Shown here piece by piece: positions 50,225-64,000 of a stretch of 64,000 nt of DNA. Below the pieces are notes generated by a model, which was not told the DNA's origin, did no database searches, and saw nothing but the letters and a program-made list of their open reading frames with translations. The position numbers and the translations under genes were made by a program. The stretch is from the NCBI GenBank assembly GCA_000182565.2, contig KQ257469.1, one strand, 5' to 3'. Source of the stretch: Spizellomyces punctatus DAOM BR117 (Eukaryota). Each line of letters opens with the position of its first letter. Position 1 is the first letter of the stretch.

Positions 50225-53200
50225 ATGATGCGCAGCGGCGCCAAGGAAGCAAGGCATGCGCGACCCCAGGGTTATCATGTCTTGACGCTCTTCCTGGCCA
50301 TCCTTTTGCCTTCTCTCGTTCGTGCTGGTGGCGGAGGAGGAGGACCTCCCCCGACCAAAACAACCATCAAATGTTATGGATATTACGATTTCCGTACTGT
50401 TAATTGTCCAGCTCCCTATTGTGGAGGTTACTCGGTAGCACGGCCCCGCATGACGCTGAATGATGGTCAGCCATGGGAATGTACAAATTCTTTGGGAAAA
50501 TATTATTGGGCAACGGAAGATGTTGGATGCCGGAGATGTAATTGCGCTACTGCTACTACGTAAGTAGTACCGCGTTCTGCGCGTTTCAAGGATCCAAATG
50601 ACTTGCCAGAGATGAAGCTAACACTTTCAAAGTACAGGAGTTCCTTGCGCTGGTTCGGTTTGCAATGGGGGAAGACGTACTGATGCTGTAGGAGGCTTTG
50701 ATGCTGCATGCTCCATAACGACGCAACGCCCAATTGTCACCTGCACGCCAGTGGTATCGCTTACGAATGGAAATAATTTTGAGGAATCCAACCCGGATCT
50801 CTTTGGGTAAGTAACTACAATATGGTGTCGATTTAGACGTAGCGCGATACCCCAATACTAACGTTGAGATGCAGATTCAAGACTGCGACCGTGTATGGGT
50901 GTTCAGGAACAGTCAACAGTAACGCGTGCAATACTGCGGGAACATGTACCTGCAAGTTCCCTTGGACTTATGGACCTGCTTGGCGATGTGCTGCTTGTAA
51001 GCTTTCTAGAGCATTGCATAACTAGATGACTTCCGAACCAAGCCCTCACTAATTGTTCGAATACCGTTTACAGATATCGCACCAGGCATCAGTTTGCTGG
51101 CTCCTTTCTCTGCCCAGCTACCTGTTGGCTCTCTGTCTGTGGCGTGGATTGATCCATGGCGTCCGCAACTGTCTTTAAGTGTGGGTAAACCATATCCAGC
51201 TCCTCACCGCAGTTGCAAGATACCGCATTACTCACGCGATGATGTTCCCGCAGTGGTACGAATATGTTTTTGGCGGATACAGCAATATTATATTCGATGG
51301 TGGATCACCACCCGGTACGATTTGAATTCTGTTGCACTAACCTGAGCGGTGACTAAGGCTTTTGGCAATTAGCGTCTACCACCCAATGGCCGGTTCTCTC
51401 GCGTACATTTAAGTTTGTCAAAATATCAACCGGACAAGAGTACATATTCACAAACAGCCCGCCTTCAAATGTACAATGCCCGACACGCGTTGCTCGTGCC
51501 TTTTGGTGGACCTGCAACTTTGCCAACTGGGAACCCGTCGGTTTATGGGCTCAGATTAACGCTGCGACGCCGCAACCAAGCGTAATATCAATGGCATTGT
51601 ATGTTGGAATGACCTCTTCGGTTGGGAAATCCACCTGGCAATCAGTAGGAACATTTGATTTTGTGCCCCCAGGTTATAGCTGCTGCGGTCTTTTTGTGTC
51701 TCCAATATTGCGATCTTATTCTTTTGTTCTTTTTTTGCAGATCCTTATCAATGGTTATTGACGCATGACAAACCATCTGTTAATTACGGATCGCCTTTGT
51801 TCATAGATGATCGGCTTTCTTTGGGAACTGCCGCCACAGCGTTAAACCTGTTGTCTGTATCAACAACCAAGACCTGGACAGTTCCCCAAGATCGGAATAC
51901 CGCCAAACTGTCATACTCCCTTTCCTGTGTTCCGCAGCCTGTCAACCGTCCTGCACCTTCTGATCCGGAGTTCGCTGGAAGTGACGCAGCTCCTATGATC
52001 TTGGAAGTTGATATGCTGGGATTCATCAATCCACTTCGTACAAACTTTTCTTTGCTTCCGAATGTGTCGGAGGCGTCGTGTGTTGTCAGCGGGATAGCAC
52101 TCAACCTCAAGGGATTGAGTCCTGATAATGTGTTTGGAGGATCAACCCCAAGCAACGATCTGTACATCGCGTTGCTCAAGGTTGGACCAGTAGTAATTGA
52201 CGCACTGCGGGATGTAAGTTCAGTTTGGTTTCGTTTCTACTGCGATACTCTTCTTCAACTTCATTGCTCACATTTTTTGAACGACGGCAGGCACAAGGCG
52301 ACCTTCCTTTAGATAGTTTCGGGATTAATAATACAAACCGATTCTATTGGACAAAATCGGACTCCCTTTATGCATCATGGCATTTGGCATTTCAAGGAAA
52401 TAGTAAAGTAATGAAGTTCATGCAAGATAAAACCTCAAAGTTTCGGGGTATTGGAAATGATGCTACCGGTATAGTTCAACATACCGTTAAAGAGGTAAGT
52501 TGCATCTACGCTAGCGCTGACTCGCTTAGCCCATCGTTCTAATGCGCATTTTTGCATGGTCAAGGCTCTGTATATTGATGCTACTTCGCAACAACCTCTC
52601 CTGGATTACATAATTCTACCGCCAAATGCCGGCACATTGCCGCTGACTACTTTGAGGGGCTGTAATAGCTCCTTGGGCACTCTCTTCCCAGGCTTAAATG
52701 GAGCACCGGCTTGCACTATTTCAACAAAGATCCTGCCGGGAAATACCGAGGAATTCACCTTTAGCGACAGTAATGTGTTGACAGCACTTTCCGAGTGCCG
52801 GGATGTTGGCACATTATATCAATGCGTCGATTGCTTTCACTGCGTTTTCCGGTCAACTGTCACTGCGTTTGATGCTGCTGCTAATTCCGTTTGGCAAGAA
52901 TCTTACGGTGTGTATTACGACGGGACGGACCCCAACATTGCGTCAATGATATTCCCGTCCAAGAAAGCGTACTTGGGCATGTACTGGTACGGTGACCTTA
53001 AGGACATGAAGATTGACACCAGAATATACGAGCCGGAGTCAGCCTTGTCAAGCATCGCACTGAACATTGGTGTAGCGGATTTCGTGGCTCGAGACAGTCA
53101 GATTGCAAATTTTTACGGCACATATCCAATCCTTCAGCGTTTGAACAAGACAGATGGATCGCTGCTTGCCATAGCGGATGGATGGTCCGGGTTTTCCTTG

Positions 53201-56200
53201 CATGAACAGATATATAATGTAGAAATTGCGGTCCGCAACATTCCCGGTTTTTCCACCTCCAAGTCCGCACGGGTCATTCCGGACGCAACCCCGCCAAGAG
53301 TTGGTTCTGTCAAGGCGCAGCAACTCATATATAATCCCGAAAGTGCTGATCCACTGAAGATATCGGCAGTGGGATTTGTTGACACTGAGAGTGGTGTGAG
53401 AGATTATTATGTGGCCTATAAGGTTGACACCAATCTTCACTGCGCAAAGAAGAACTTTGTCTGGCCGCCGGAATCTGGGAGTGGTTGGCAGCTTGTTCCT
53501 GATGCAGCGGTTGACAGATATGACGATATGGGTGCGAAACCCAGTCAGACCTTTAACATCACGTTGGGCCAAAATCAAACGCAATCAGGAATGCTGTATG
53601 TAGCAGTTGCTGCAGTCAATCATGCGATTTCACCGTACGGAGCAGTTCAGAAGAGTGCAACAGTGACGTGCGGCTGGCCTATTGTGTTGGTAAGTTGGGC
53701 AAAATTGGTTGATAATTGTTGAGAACTTCATGATGTCGTTTACGCTCATTTTCAATTTGTAGGATAATGGAGTGCCCACTGTGTACGTGAAAAGTCTTAT
53801 CGTTGACAATGACATGACCTTCAGTACCGAGGAAAATAGATGGATGGTCAACCGTGTAGTCAATCTTACCTGGGCCGCTTTACATATTCCTGGCGTTTCA
53901 TATTACAATGTCAGCTTGGCGGTTGACTCGGTCCATATTGCTGACTATTCAGGAATACGATACGACTCGGATACCATCCTTTTCCAATCCCCGGCGGCTA
54001 TACCTGTGGACTCTAATTTCACGGTGGCGATCACAGCTGTCAACTACGCTGGGATGGTTGTCGGTCCAAAGATTGTGTCGATCATTGTTACAACTCCTGA
54101 ACCTGATCTCAGTACTTGTGCCTCGGCGGTTATTGTATCGCCTAATGACCCGTCGCCCGGAGTTGGAACAATAAAAGTCGACTGGACACGTTGTGTGTCC
54201 CCTACCGAAGACGTGGATCACTGGAATTATTATGTTTTACCCGTTGGTTCTGAGATTAATAGCACGCTAACCGGTACCACTGTATCGGCAAATATTACTG
54301 AAATTACGGTTCCGGTCCAGCACGGTCCTCATTCGATGGTTAAAGTATGCATTGCGGGTTATCAGCTCGATGGAAATGTCACCAGCGCTTTTTGTAGTTC
54401 ACCAGCAGTTGTGGACACTACGCCGCCGATCCCGTCTGGAAGTGTGCGAGACTTGCATCCGGTGTTCGGTGTGCCTGTTCAGACTTCAGTGAACGCAACA
54501 GCGCTACGTTTTGGGTAAGTATGGGTGTGTTGCAAATATGTGCAAGTAACTTAGTAAATCTTTTGAATTTATAGATGGGATGCCTGGATAGACGCCGAGA
54601 CTATTCTCTCCAATTACACTCTCACCCTCGTATGCAACAATAACACGATTGGAGAGCCCGTCACACTGCCTGCAAATCAGCAGGAGTATACGTTCATGAC
54701 GAACCAGACCGACACTTTCCTTAACTATACAGGTGTCGTACTTCGGCCGGGGGATTTTTGCTATGGGAAAGTGTATGCGACCAATGTGGCAGGGCTATCC
54801 AGTGAGCCTGTCAGGTCACCAGGAGTGAAAATCGTCAACATTGAGGTCACCGAGCAACCAGGTTTGAAAGTTCTAGATGGAGTTTCGGTTAGCACGAACG
54901 CTGCTACACTCCACTTGTGAGTTTTCCTCTTTGGGCAACTTTCCTGAGAACATGTATATCTGAGCTGATCTTTTACTTTGCAACCATTACAGCTTTCCTG
55001 CGCTCCCGGATGCAACTTTCCATGTAATGTGGAACGGCTTCAGATCCTACGCAGATTTGCACAATCTTACCTACGAAGTGAGAATCACTAATCCGACAAA
55101 TCCATCTTCAGTCAATACATACGCGTTTGAAAAAACATTGGACGCCGTCCTTCCGTTACCGAGCAGTGCCGGCGCATACTTGCTCAATCTTAATCTGGTA
55201 GACTCAGGGACGGTGATATCGACTGTTACCTCGAATGAGGAAATTGTGGTACTTTCGGAAGGGCCCGTCAGAACTCCTCCGCTCACCCCAACCAATAACT
55301 ATTGCGAAATCCATTTGAATGAGAAAGACGGCAACAGAAGCCTTGGCGACTCGTTGCTTAAGGCATATTGGCCCCCATTTGAGGATCCGTTCGGTATTAT
55401 CCAGTATCTGCAAGTCGCCTTTAGACAAAAGAACCACCCAACGTTTTTTTCTGAATGGACGGATGCTCGGGCGAATGCAACCGACACTGAGTTTGTGGGA
55501 ACGGTTAGTTGGCCGTACGGGGTACCCGAGGTATTGTGGTCGCAAGACATGGAATGCGTTGTGGAAGCTGTCGATTTACTCGGCAACCGCACGCAATTTA
55601 TCATGCCCGGTTGGCTATCTGAATATCCGTGGTTTCAACCTACAGCCGTTGATGTATCGAGTTGGACGGTTATCGGGAAGCCCAAGGGTGGGGACGACTA
55701 TAGTTTCTTTGAGGATGTCTCGGTAACGCCAAATAGCAGCTATGCCATCGGATGGGCTGGGTTCCCTGCATTTGCTGCTGGTGGAGAGACGCTGGCAACC
55801 CTTTCGTACAGTGTGGGCGACAATGCAAGTGCCCAAGCACCCAACTACTTTGACAACATAATTCCGACGACGCAGGTTGATATCGCCAATGCAATGATAA
55901 TACTCTACAGCACGAAGGTGCTGGATAATCCGATCCCGTTTTACGTTTTCCAAATTCCGAATTTTGTTCTTCCGACATATCACACAGGTTAGCCGTTATT
56001 AATGTCTTGCAAAAAGTAATCGCTGGCTTGAAACTGACTATCGTTATAGTATACGCATGCGTTACGGTCACTCAACTTGCATCAGGGAATTCCACTGTTG
56101 CTTGCACTGATGGTATTATGTACAGTCCTACCCCGCCGGTGCAAGGAACAGTTTCACTGAATAATGCACACGGGTTTGTGACCTCTTCCACATCGTTGAC

Positions 56201-59200
56201 GATATCGTGGGGTGGATTCTATGTCAATGGATGGCCCAACACGGATGATAAAGGAATTGCCTATTTTGCTTGGGGCGTTGGAAGTTACCCCGGTTGGGAT
56301 GATGTTGTGTGAGTTTGATGATGTGTGAGAGCGTCCGAAATCAGTGCTAATTTCTGCTTTTCAATATAGGTCGACTCGTCAGGCGTCAAGCTTGCAACAA
56401 ATTGGAATGGCACTTGGATTGAATCTCCTTAACGGCGAGACCTTGTACGCCACGGTTACTGCTTACAGCCACGCTGGTCTGGGTACCACATCCATATCGC
56501 CGGCAGTCATTGTTGACTATACCGGTCCAGTTTCGGACGCAGGAATTACCTCCATAAGCGTTGTCCGTAACACAGATGGATCCTATAATGTGCGAGCTAT
56601 GTGGGATACTTTTGACGACTTGGAAAGTTCAGTCGTATCTGTAGGATGGATAATCGAAACGGAATATGGGCTGCAGGATGTAGTGCCGTTGACTCCCACC
56701 GATACACCCATATTCGCGACCGGCAAATCGCTTACATTGTCGTCTGGCGTTGAGTACATTGCTCGGGTAGTTGCCACAAATGGAGCGGGTTTGACCCAAG
56801 AAGTGACACGCTCCTTTGAAGTCGACAACATTGTTCGAATCGTGTATGTAGCCAGCGACGGGCCGGAAGGCGCATGGAGTCCTTACACTGGATTAGCATC
56901 AAAGTATTCCTTTTCTTGGGAAGTTACTGGTCATCCATCGTACTTCCTTGTTGCCGTAGGGACCAGGGCAAAGCAGCACGATGTTGAAGGATGGGTACGA
57001 CTCAGTGGCTCCGCAAGGCAATTCGACCTGGATTTGAGTGATACAAGCTTCACAGATGGAGAGACGCTCTATGGTACAGTTTACGCTTTCGATGCGAATG
57101 GAGTGTTGGCGGATCAAGCGACAACGTCCGGCAAGATCATAGACTCCAGTCCACCTGCCATTGGAAAGGTGGTGCATGGTGCAATCCCTTACATACATCA
57201 GCCTTTTGTGGACTCTGTCGATCATATCACAGCATCTTGGTCCGGGTTCACGGATGCGGATAGTGGAATCGCTCTTTACGAAGTTTGCGTGGATTCATCT
57301 CCAGTTGCAAATGGAACTCTACCGTGCAGCAACCTTGATTGGAAGCCCGTGAATGACAGAATTTCCCAGATGCATTTGGTTATGGAACATCTCATGACGA
57401 TAGGTTCCACATACTATGTCAAGGTAACCGTTAATGAATTGCTCATATATTTTGTCGCGCATTTAAGCTCACAAATGCTGGTTCCAGGTGAAAGCGACCA
57501 ATGGCGCCGGATTGTTCACAGTTGGGGTGTCACCTCCTATTCTGATAGATGCTGGTGTACCATCAGGAGGCAGTGTTACCGTTGGCTTTCCGTCGCAGGA
57601 TAGTAATTTTACGTTGATGACATCGCATTCTGATCAGCTTTATTATCTGGACAGAACAGGTATGGTGCCTACCTTTCTGCATTTGAAACATGTTCACGAT
57701 CATAGTGATAACGGTCATCTTTCAGTTATTCAGATTACTTGGGACTTCTCCACGGCCCCAATATCAGGAATTGCAAACTATGATGTCGGACTTTATGAAA
57801 AGTATACCAGCATGCGCATGACACCTCCGACGACAGTTCCAGGTGGAATAAATTCCTGGACCTTTACTGCCGCAACAGGGGATTTCACTCTGGAAGAGGG
57901 TCGTGAATATGTGGCAGTGGTGCTAGCAACCAGTGGCTCTCGTGTTGTGGGCGAAGTCAAGTCAAGGTCTTTCATGGTTGATTCAACAGCGCCCCCGGCA
58001 GGAGCCGTTGATGTTACTTTCTTGGGCGCTGTGCCTAGGGCTAGCTCTACCAGTGCAGCTACGTTCGGCGTCAGCAGTTCTGGAGTCGCCTCAAGCATCT
58101 CTTCCGGTATTAGCAATTCCGGAGTCGCATCTAGCATCTCTTCCGGCATTAGCAGTTCCGGAGTCGCATCAAGCATCTCTTCTGGCATTAGCAATTCCGG
58201 ATTTGCATCAAGCATCTCTTCCGGCGTCAGCAGTTCCGGAGCTGCATCAAGCATCTCTTCCGGCGTCGGCAATTCCGAAGCCAGCTCAAGTATCTCGTCC
58301 GATAACATCAGTGTAACTGAATCTGACTCGAATGGTACCCCCTCCCCTACAATTCCGACGAGCTCCCAATCAGGTAGCGACTCGGCGGCGATGACCGATT
58401 ATCAATCCAGCTCTACCATTTCGCCTTTGAGCACCCCAAGCATACTACCTGATCTTACCAATTTCCGCGTAAATTTCCAAGGATTCTCAGATGCCGCATC
58501 TGGGGTTGTCCTGTACAGAGTGGATGTGAGTGTGACATTTCATACCTGCTTGTTGTCAAGCGGACAGCTTATCGCCTATTTTGCTAGGTCGGACTTCATC
58601 CTTACGGCGCGCAAGTCGCAACCGTGGAAGTGAACGACACTTGTGAGACTTGTTCTGCAATTTTCTCCGCAGAATTACGCAACAGGGCAATGTATTTTGC
58701 AACAGGTTTGCTTCTTGCTCTGCTACTCGTACGCCTTTGCTTAACTTTCTAATCTTTCGGAAAAGTTTACGCACGGGACGCTGCCGGGTTGTGGTCTCGT
58801 CCAGCTACGAACGGCCGTGTGTATAGCGCAAATGGTGATGTTTTGGTACAAACCACGACCAATCCACCCTTTCAATGGACCATTGACGCCGCGTTGCCGA
58901 CCGTGCTCGACTTTGTTGCCCAAAATGGTTCTGCAATCACGCTCACAGGCCGAGGTCTGAATAACTTTATAATTTCAGGAGATGGCGCTATACAGCCGAA
59001 TTTCACTTGCCTTTATACCCTTGACGCGGCGACAGATTCGACATCTATATCAACGTCACTCTCTCTGAGCGACCGCGCCGAAGCTCAAATATTGTGTCAA
59101 GTACCAGATCTTGGGTTGGGAAATGTCACTACCTGGGTGAACTTGACAGTGGTTCCTACGGACGCGGTGTACGGCACGTCTTCAATGATCTGGCTGCAGC

Positions 59201-62038
59201 ATATGCGTAAGTTTCAAACTTTCGAGAAAAGAAAGTGTTTCCAGAGGTCAGCATAATGATAGATACTTCAACTCTCCATTTGTAGGGCGGCCCGTTGAAA
59301 GCACATCCTGGAGAACAAATAGTACACCTACGATCGGTTTGGCTTCCAGCGATCCCGCTTACCGTCTCACACCATGGACCTGGGCGATAACATGGCCGAA
59401 TGATTTCACGGATGCCGCCTATTATCAGATTGAAAGCTTCAACAACGTGTTTGCTGTTACATCTGGTCGCTCAACCTCTGCCCTTTTTACGATTGATGCC
59501 TTGAGTACATTAGCTGTGTTTGCACAAGCAGGTCCCTTCCAGTGGACAGTATGTGCGTTCTTCTACGGTGACCGGACTGAAAGTGTGACTCGACGTGACT
59601 GTATTCAATCAACCCCAGTTCATGTGGATCTCACCATGCTCCAAATCAACCCACTTGTGAACGCCGGATACGATAGTGCTATTCCCACTGCGGTTCGAAT
59701 AGTAGGCTATGGATCCGACGTTGGGTTTGAGTATGAGACGGTTCAATTTCAAGATAATACCACCCGTATCACCGCAAACTGGACAGACTCCTTCATCTTC
59801 CCTCCAACAAGTGCAAAGCAAGTGGCGCGGTTTGATATCTTTGCAGGCTACAAACCTTACGAAACAGCAAGTCAGATGTTCATTGTAGGCTCCGCACCTA
59901 CGCTGACAAACGTCTCGTTTGATGCGGCACTCGTACCAGGTGTGCCATATTATGTAACGGTTGTAGCATGGGATAACACTGGGCTTCCGAGTATACATAC
60001 TTCCGCGCCATTGACTTGCGACATAACGCCCCCAACTGTGTACGTAGCTTGCATTGTTTGAATGGTTGGCCACAGATTTGCAAACTGACTTACAATTATT
60101 TGTCTGCTAGTGGTACGATCTATGATGGGAGTTTGACATCTGTTTCTACCACGGCATATCAAGCGATTACCACAGAATTGCAAGCTTATTGGCGTGGATT
60201 CGTTGACTCTGAGACCGTACTAAAACAATACGAGTACCAAATTTGTTTGGACAATAGTACTTGCGTCGGAGCTCCACGATCGGCGGGGATGCACACCAGA
60301 GCGAAGGTGACAGATCTTCAGCTAGAGCATGGGCAGCATTACCATTTCCGCTTGAAGGTAAATTATCTGTTTGCATAACCTATGGTCAGCAAGCGCTAAT
60401 GTGTTCCATTGCCGGTATTGTAGGCGCAGAATGCCGCTGGTCATTGGACGAGCACCGTCTTCTCACGGGGAGTGACGATCGACACGACTCCACCCGTAGT
60501 TCAAAGTGTTCGATTTGGAAATGGTGGACCCGTAGCAATTGCAAACGATCCAACCTTCGCCCTGAATTGGCATTTTACGGACCCCGAATCACCTATCGTT
60601 GAATATGAAGTACAAATCGGAACAACGAACGGAGGACCTCAAATCCTTCCTTTGACGTCCCTCTCCACCCAAACTTCGCTTCCACTCTCTGGGCTACACC
60701 TTGAGCATGGAACGTACTTGTATGCATCTGTGATAGCGAAGAATGCTGCTGGGTTGACCACAGTCGCACATAGCTCCCCTGTTATGATTGACTTGACTCC
60801 GCCAAAAGTTGTGGGAACGATAGTGGCTTTCAATGACATGAACTTCGTGCAAGGAGTTGGAAGCGTGGAAGTTGTGGCCACTTGGGATAACGTTTTTGTG
60901 GATGGGCATTCTGCAATTGTTGAATATCAGGTCAGTTACTCTAGCTAGACTCACAAATCTGGTCGGTTACAATTGGTATTAGCTGCCATTGCTGACTCGC
61001 TTGATGGTTTGTTAGTATGCGGTTGGGAAAGTCGGACAACCCACATATTTCATGAATTTCACCAGCGTCAACACAAATGTGTCGATTCCATCTGGCACGC
61101 TGATCACGGTGGGCGATGGTGACCGAGTGACTGTTTCCGTCAAAGCTGTTAATCAAGCTGGTTTATCCATCATGGCGACATCCGCGGTAAACATCAAATT
61201 GATCGTTGTTTAACCAATTGCCGAATCGCTAATTACGTTTAATCCAGGCGGTTGGGTTCACGAACAGCCCACCATCCTCGTTCACCATCCAACTGTTGGA
61301 CCCTAGTTTGCGAACGCTGACTACATACTACGACGGAGTCTATTACATTCGTTCGGCGGCAGATCTCTACATAAGACTTGTAGGACTAAGTGATCTTACA
61401 AGTGGAATCGCATATCTGGAGATGCAATTGAACAAACTTGGAGATACGACGCCCGTGTTTGATTGGACACGGTTCAACGCTAGTAACGAAGTGAAATTGA
61501 ATGCACCTGTGGTGGAAATTGGTGTACCACTCAGCGTTTCGGTGAGGGCTACTAATCGAGTGGGATTGACAGCCAACGCACAAAGCGATTTGTTTATCGT
61601 AACGCCTGGACCTCCAGACCCTGGTACGGTTGGCAATTCTTCTGTCCTCTTCTCCGTCTTCGTCAGTTCAAATGATATTGACCCACATCCATCTCTTCTG
61701 GTACCACTGTAGCAACGGTGCAGTTGTCGTGGAACCTGGACACAACCCCGTATAGCATTGCAACACTTATTACCGGTCCGCAAATTTCCAACGCAACTGG
61801 ACCGCTTACCTATACGCTAGGAGTTTTCTCCAGTCGGACTATTTCGGCATTTAATGTCTACCCACGGTCAACGATAACAGTTCCCGGCAACGGAAGCAGC
61901 CTCTCGATTGACATCCCACTCCCTGCTGGCATATCAGCTTACCGAACTAATTTTACAGCTGTTCTTGAGGCAACAAACCTGGTTGGAGATAGCAGGACGG
62001 TTGTAACACTTTTGGAAGGACTTGCCGGGCCAATTTGA
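50225..62038 (+). CDS. Giant secreted multidomain protein B: signal peptide, Cys-rich/EGF-like N-terminus, many FN3-like repeats, Ser-rich tandem repeat, IPT/TIG-like domain
   Basis: Signal VLTLFLAILLPSLVRA and a Cys-rich start. FN3-like units repeat: GFVDTESGVRDY, FDDLESSV, GFTDADSGIALYEV, FTDPESPIVEYEV, DxTPP. IPT-like PTVLDF..GSAITLTGRGL..ILCQVP at ~58895-59110. Ends LEGLAGPI* with no TM segment. Confidence 0.8.
58067..58300 (+). repeat. Coding minisatellite: 6 x 39 bp (13-aa G[VI]S[SN]SGVASSISS)
   Basis: Unit ggcgtcagcagttctggagtcgcctcaagcatctcttcc; alternating AGT/AAT codons give a 78-bp higher-order period. Confidence 0.95.
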
Positions 62039-62369
62039 ACTGGGAAGAGTATGATAGATTTTGTATATATACGTGGGGAACAGACCGGCAACTACAGACG
62101 GTCCGCGTGGAGGGCAGACGCGACGGAAGGTTCCTCTGTGCGAAAGCTCGGTTGCACCTGTATTGTAAACTTAAAAATGCCTCCACAATAAATATGTTTA
62201 TATCAGAACTAGGTTGCAAAATGTGCTCCAATAACAGATGTCCGGGGGATGTTGTACCCTGGCAGGTGTACAATAGGCAATCTACTCCTGCTTCCTGATG
62301 GGTATGACGCTCCTTTAAATAAGATACTGGTATGATTATCAATGTGAAAAGAAGTCCTATATTGTAGCC

Positions 62370-64000
62370 CTATTCGGCCAGAAAACGGTGTATCAACTGT
62401 ACAGAACACGATCCCTCCCCAACTGCACTAGCAACACGCTTGACGTTTCCGGACCTCAAATCGCCAACGGCGAAGACACCTGGAAGCGTAGTTTCATATA
62501 GCATTGGCTGCCGTTTCCGCTTCCAACCTGCTGCGTGCAGCTTTTCGGGGGTAATGTCCGATCCCGTCTTCAAACGATTGCAAAATTGGGTTAGTAATGT
62601 GATCGAAAGTCTATAGTGAAGCGACAATGTTCACCTGAACGAAGCCTTTCTCGTCGATTGCTATCGAACAGCCGCGAAGCCAATCTGTATTGGGTTCAGC
62701 TCCAGCCATGCAGAAGATGATTGAAATGGGGTGCGTTTCTCGCTGCTTTGTCTCGTTATTCTCCCAAGTGATAGCTTCCAGTTGAATACCGTTTTTTTTC
62801 GACAAATGGAGCTCAACAAGTTCGGTATGAGTATGCACGACAATCTTTGGCGTTGCTAGTACGTTTATGGACGTGTTCAAGCTCATTCCTGTGAATGAGA
62901 AAAAACTGCACGACTTACCCTCGATACGCTGGACCAGATACTTCGACATGGTAGCGGACTAGGGGTAAGAAAAGATCAGGACTGCAAAGACATCTATGTT
63001 TGCGGCATCAATAACTGACCAGCCCAGAACCACGAACAAGCATATGGACCTACAAATAATGTGTCAAGTTTCGCTGTCTTCCAGTGGCGATAAATGATGA
63101 ACATACCTTTGCTACCGATTTGCTTAAAAATACCGCGGCTTGCCCGGCACTGTTAGCACCACCAATTATGGCGACCTCCTTGCCCTCACACAGCCTCGCC
63201 TCCAGTCCAGTTGCAGAATAAAATATTGCGATACCCTCAAGCTCCTCCCAATGTGGTATATGGGTTAATCGACGATACTTGGCCCCGGACGCGATGATAA
63301 TGGTTCGCGCTTTTAATGACTGTTTGTCGTGGAGATGAACCCTGTAAAGAGTACCAGGACCAGCTTCCAACTGTTGAGCTTTGGCTGGAATAATGAACTT
63401 GGCGCCGAACTTCATGGCTTGCAGAGTGCCTGCCTGAGCCAAGTCTTGGCCAGATATGCCAAGGGGGAACCCTATGGAAGGAAATATTCAATTGCACCTT
63501 GCAGACAGGAACATGTATCGATCGGTATTTACCGAGATAGTTTTCAATCTGAATTTGGCTAGTTCAGTTCAAGGGAGTGAGCATACAATAAATTACGACT
63601 AGACTATACCTTTGACGATGACCCTGCCTGTCCGCCTGGCGCTTCCTGCTCGACCATGGCCGTGCTCAACCCTTCGCTTGCAGCATAAACTCCAGCAGCC
63701 AGTCCTGCTGGGCCTTTGGAAAAAGAATTACTATTTCGAGCTTGGGCAGTTGCCGCATCCACTAAGCGTGGTAATGCAACGTACCTGCTCCAACAATAAT
63801 TGTCTCATGCACGGTTTCCTCATCGACGTCGGATGTAATTCTCAGGTATTGAGCCAGCTCACAAACTGACGGGCACCTGAGGACATCTTTACCATGTCCA
63901 ATGACAAGCGGCAGATCCTCTTCAGATACACCGAAATGGTTGAGCTGTGGGCAAGAAATGTTGGTAAGACGGGTTTCCATTCTTATAACATGCACGGCCA
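62370..64000 (-). CDS. Bacterial-type thioredoxin-reductase-like flavoprotein lacking the CxxC motif; multi-exon, 5' part outside the window
   Basis: [84 protein letters not shown] and [28 protein letters not shown]. Interrupted by several GT-AG introns. Confidence 0.88.

Noticed and set aside
57793-58308. Antisense ORF with periodic PEEMLDATPELL repeats; possible CRISPR-like array
   Set aside because: It is the reverse reading of the coding minisatellite; there are no unique spacers.
1-64000. rRNA, tRNA, intact transposase, reverse transcriptase or CRISPR arrays
   Set aside because: None recognised by eye; tRNAscan/Infernal/RepeatModeler would be needed to exclude them fully.

Overview
This is eukaryotic DNA, most likely from an early-diverging (chytrid-like) fungus. 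It has many short GT-AG introns (a few GC-AG) with CTAAC/CTGAC branch points, short TTAGGG tracts and a Pra1/Asp f2 gene; the taxonomy is inferred. The first ~20 kb is a mosaic of intact genes and decayed sequence. It holds a putative zinc-starvation cluster: a Pra1/Asp f2 zincophore gene, an OB-fold/Nudix-like/COG0523 GTPase fusion and a FAD/NAD(P)-binding oxidoreductase. These three genes share a 15-bp upstream motif (ACCTCCCCAGTTACA). The same zone has interstitial telomere-like repeats and a decayed TnpB/Fanzor-like RuvC exon bracketed by a 24-bp direct repeat. From 20 to 28 kb there is a large secreted EEP-domain gene, a small secreted protein gene and a TLC-like membrane protein gene. 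From 28 to 62 kb there are two giant, divergently oriented genes for secreted animal-like multidomain proteins, flanking two small surface-protein genes. One has a vitellogenin/LLT-like N-terminus, FN3-like, EGF, FN2, WSC and FG-GAP modules; the other has a Cys-rich N-terminus, FN3-like repeats and an IPT-like domain. The window ends inside an intron-containing, bacterial-type, CxxC-less TrxB-like gene. All exon structures were read by eye and are approximate.
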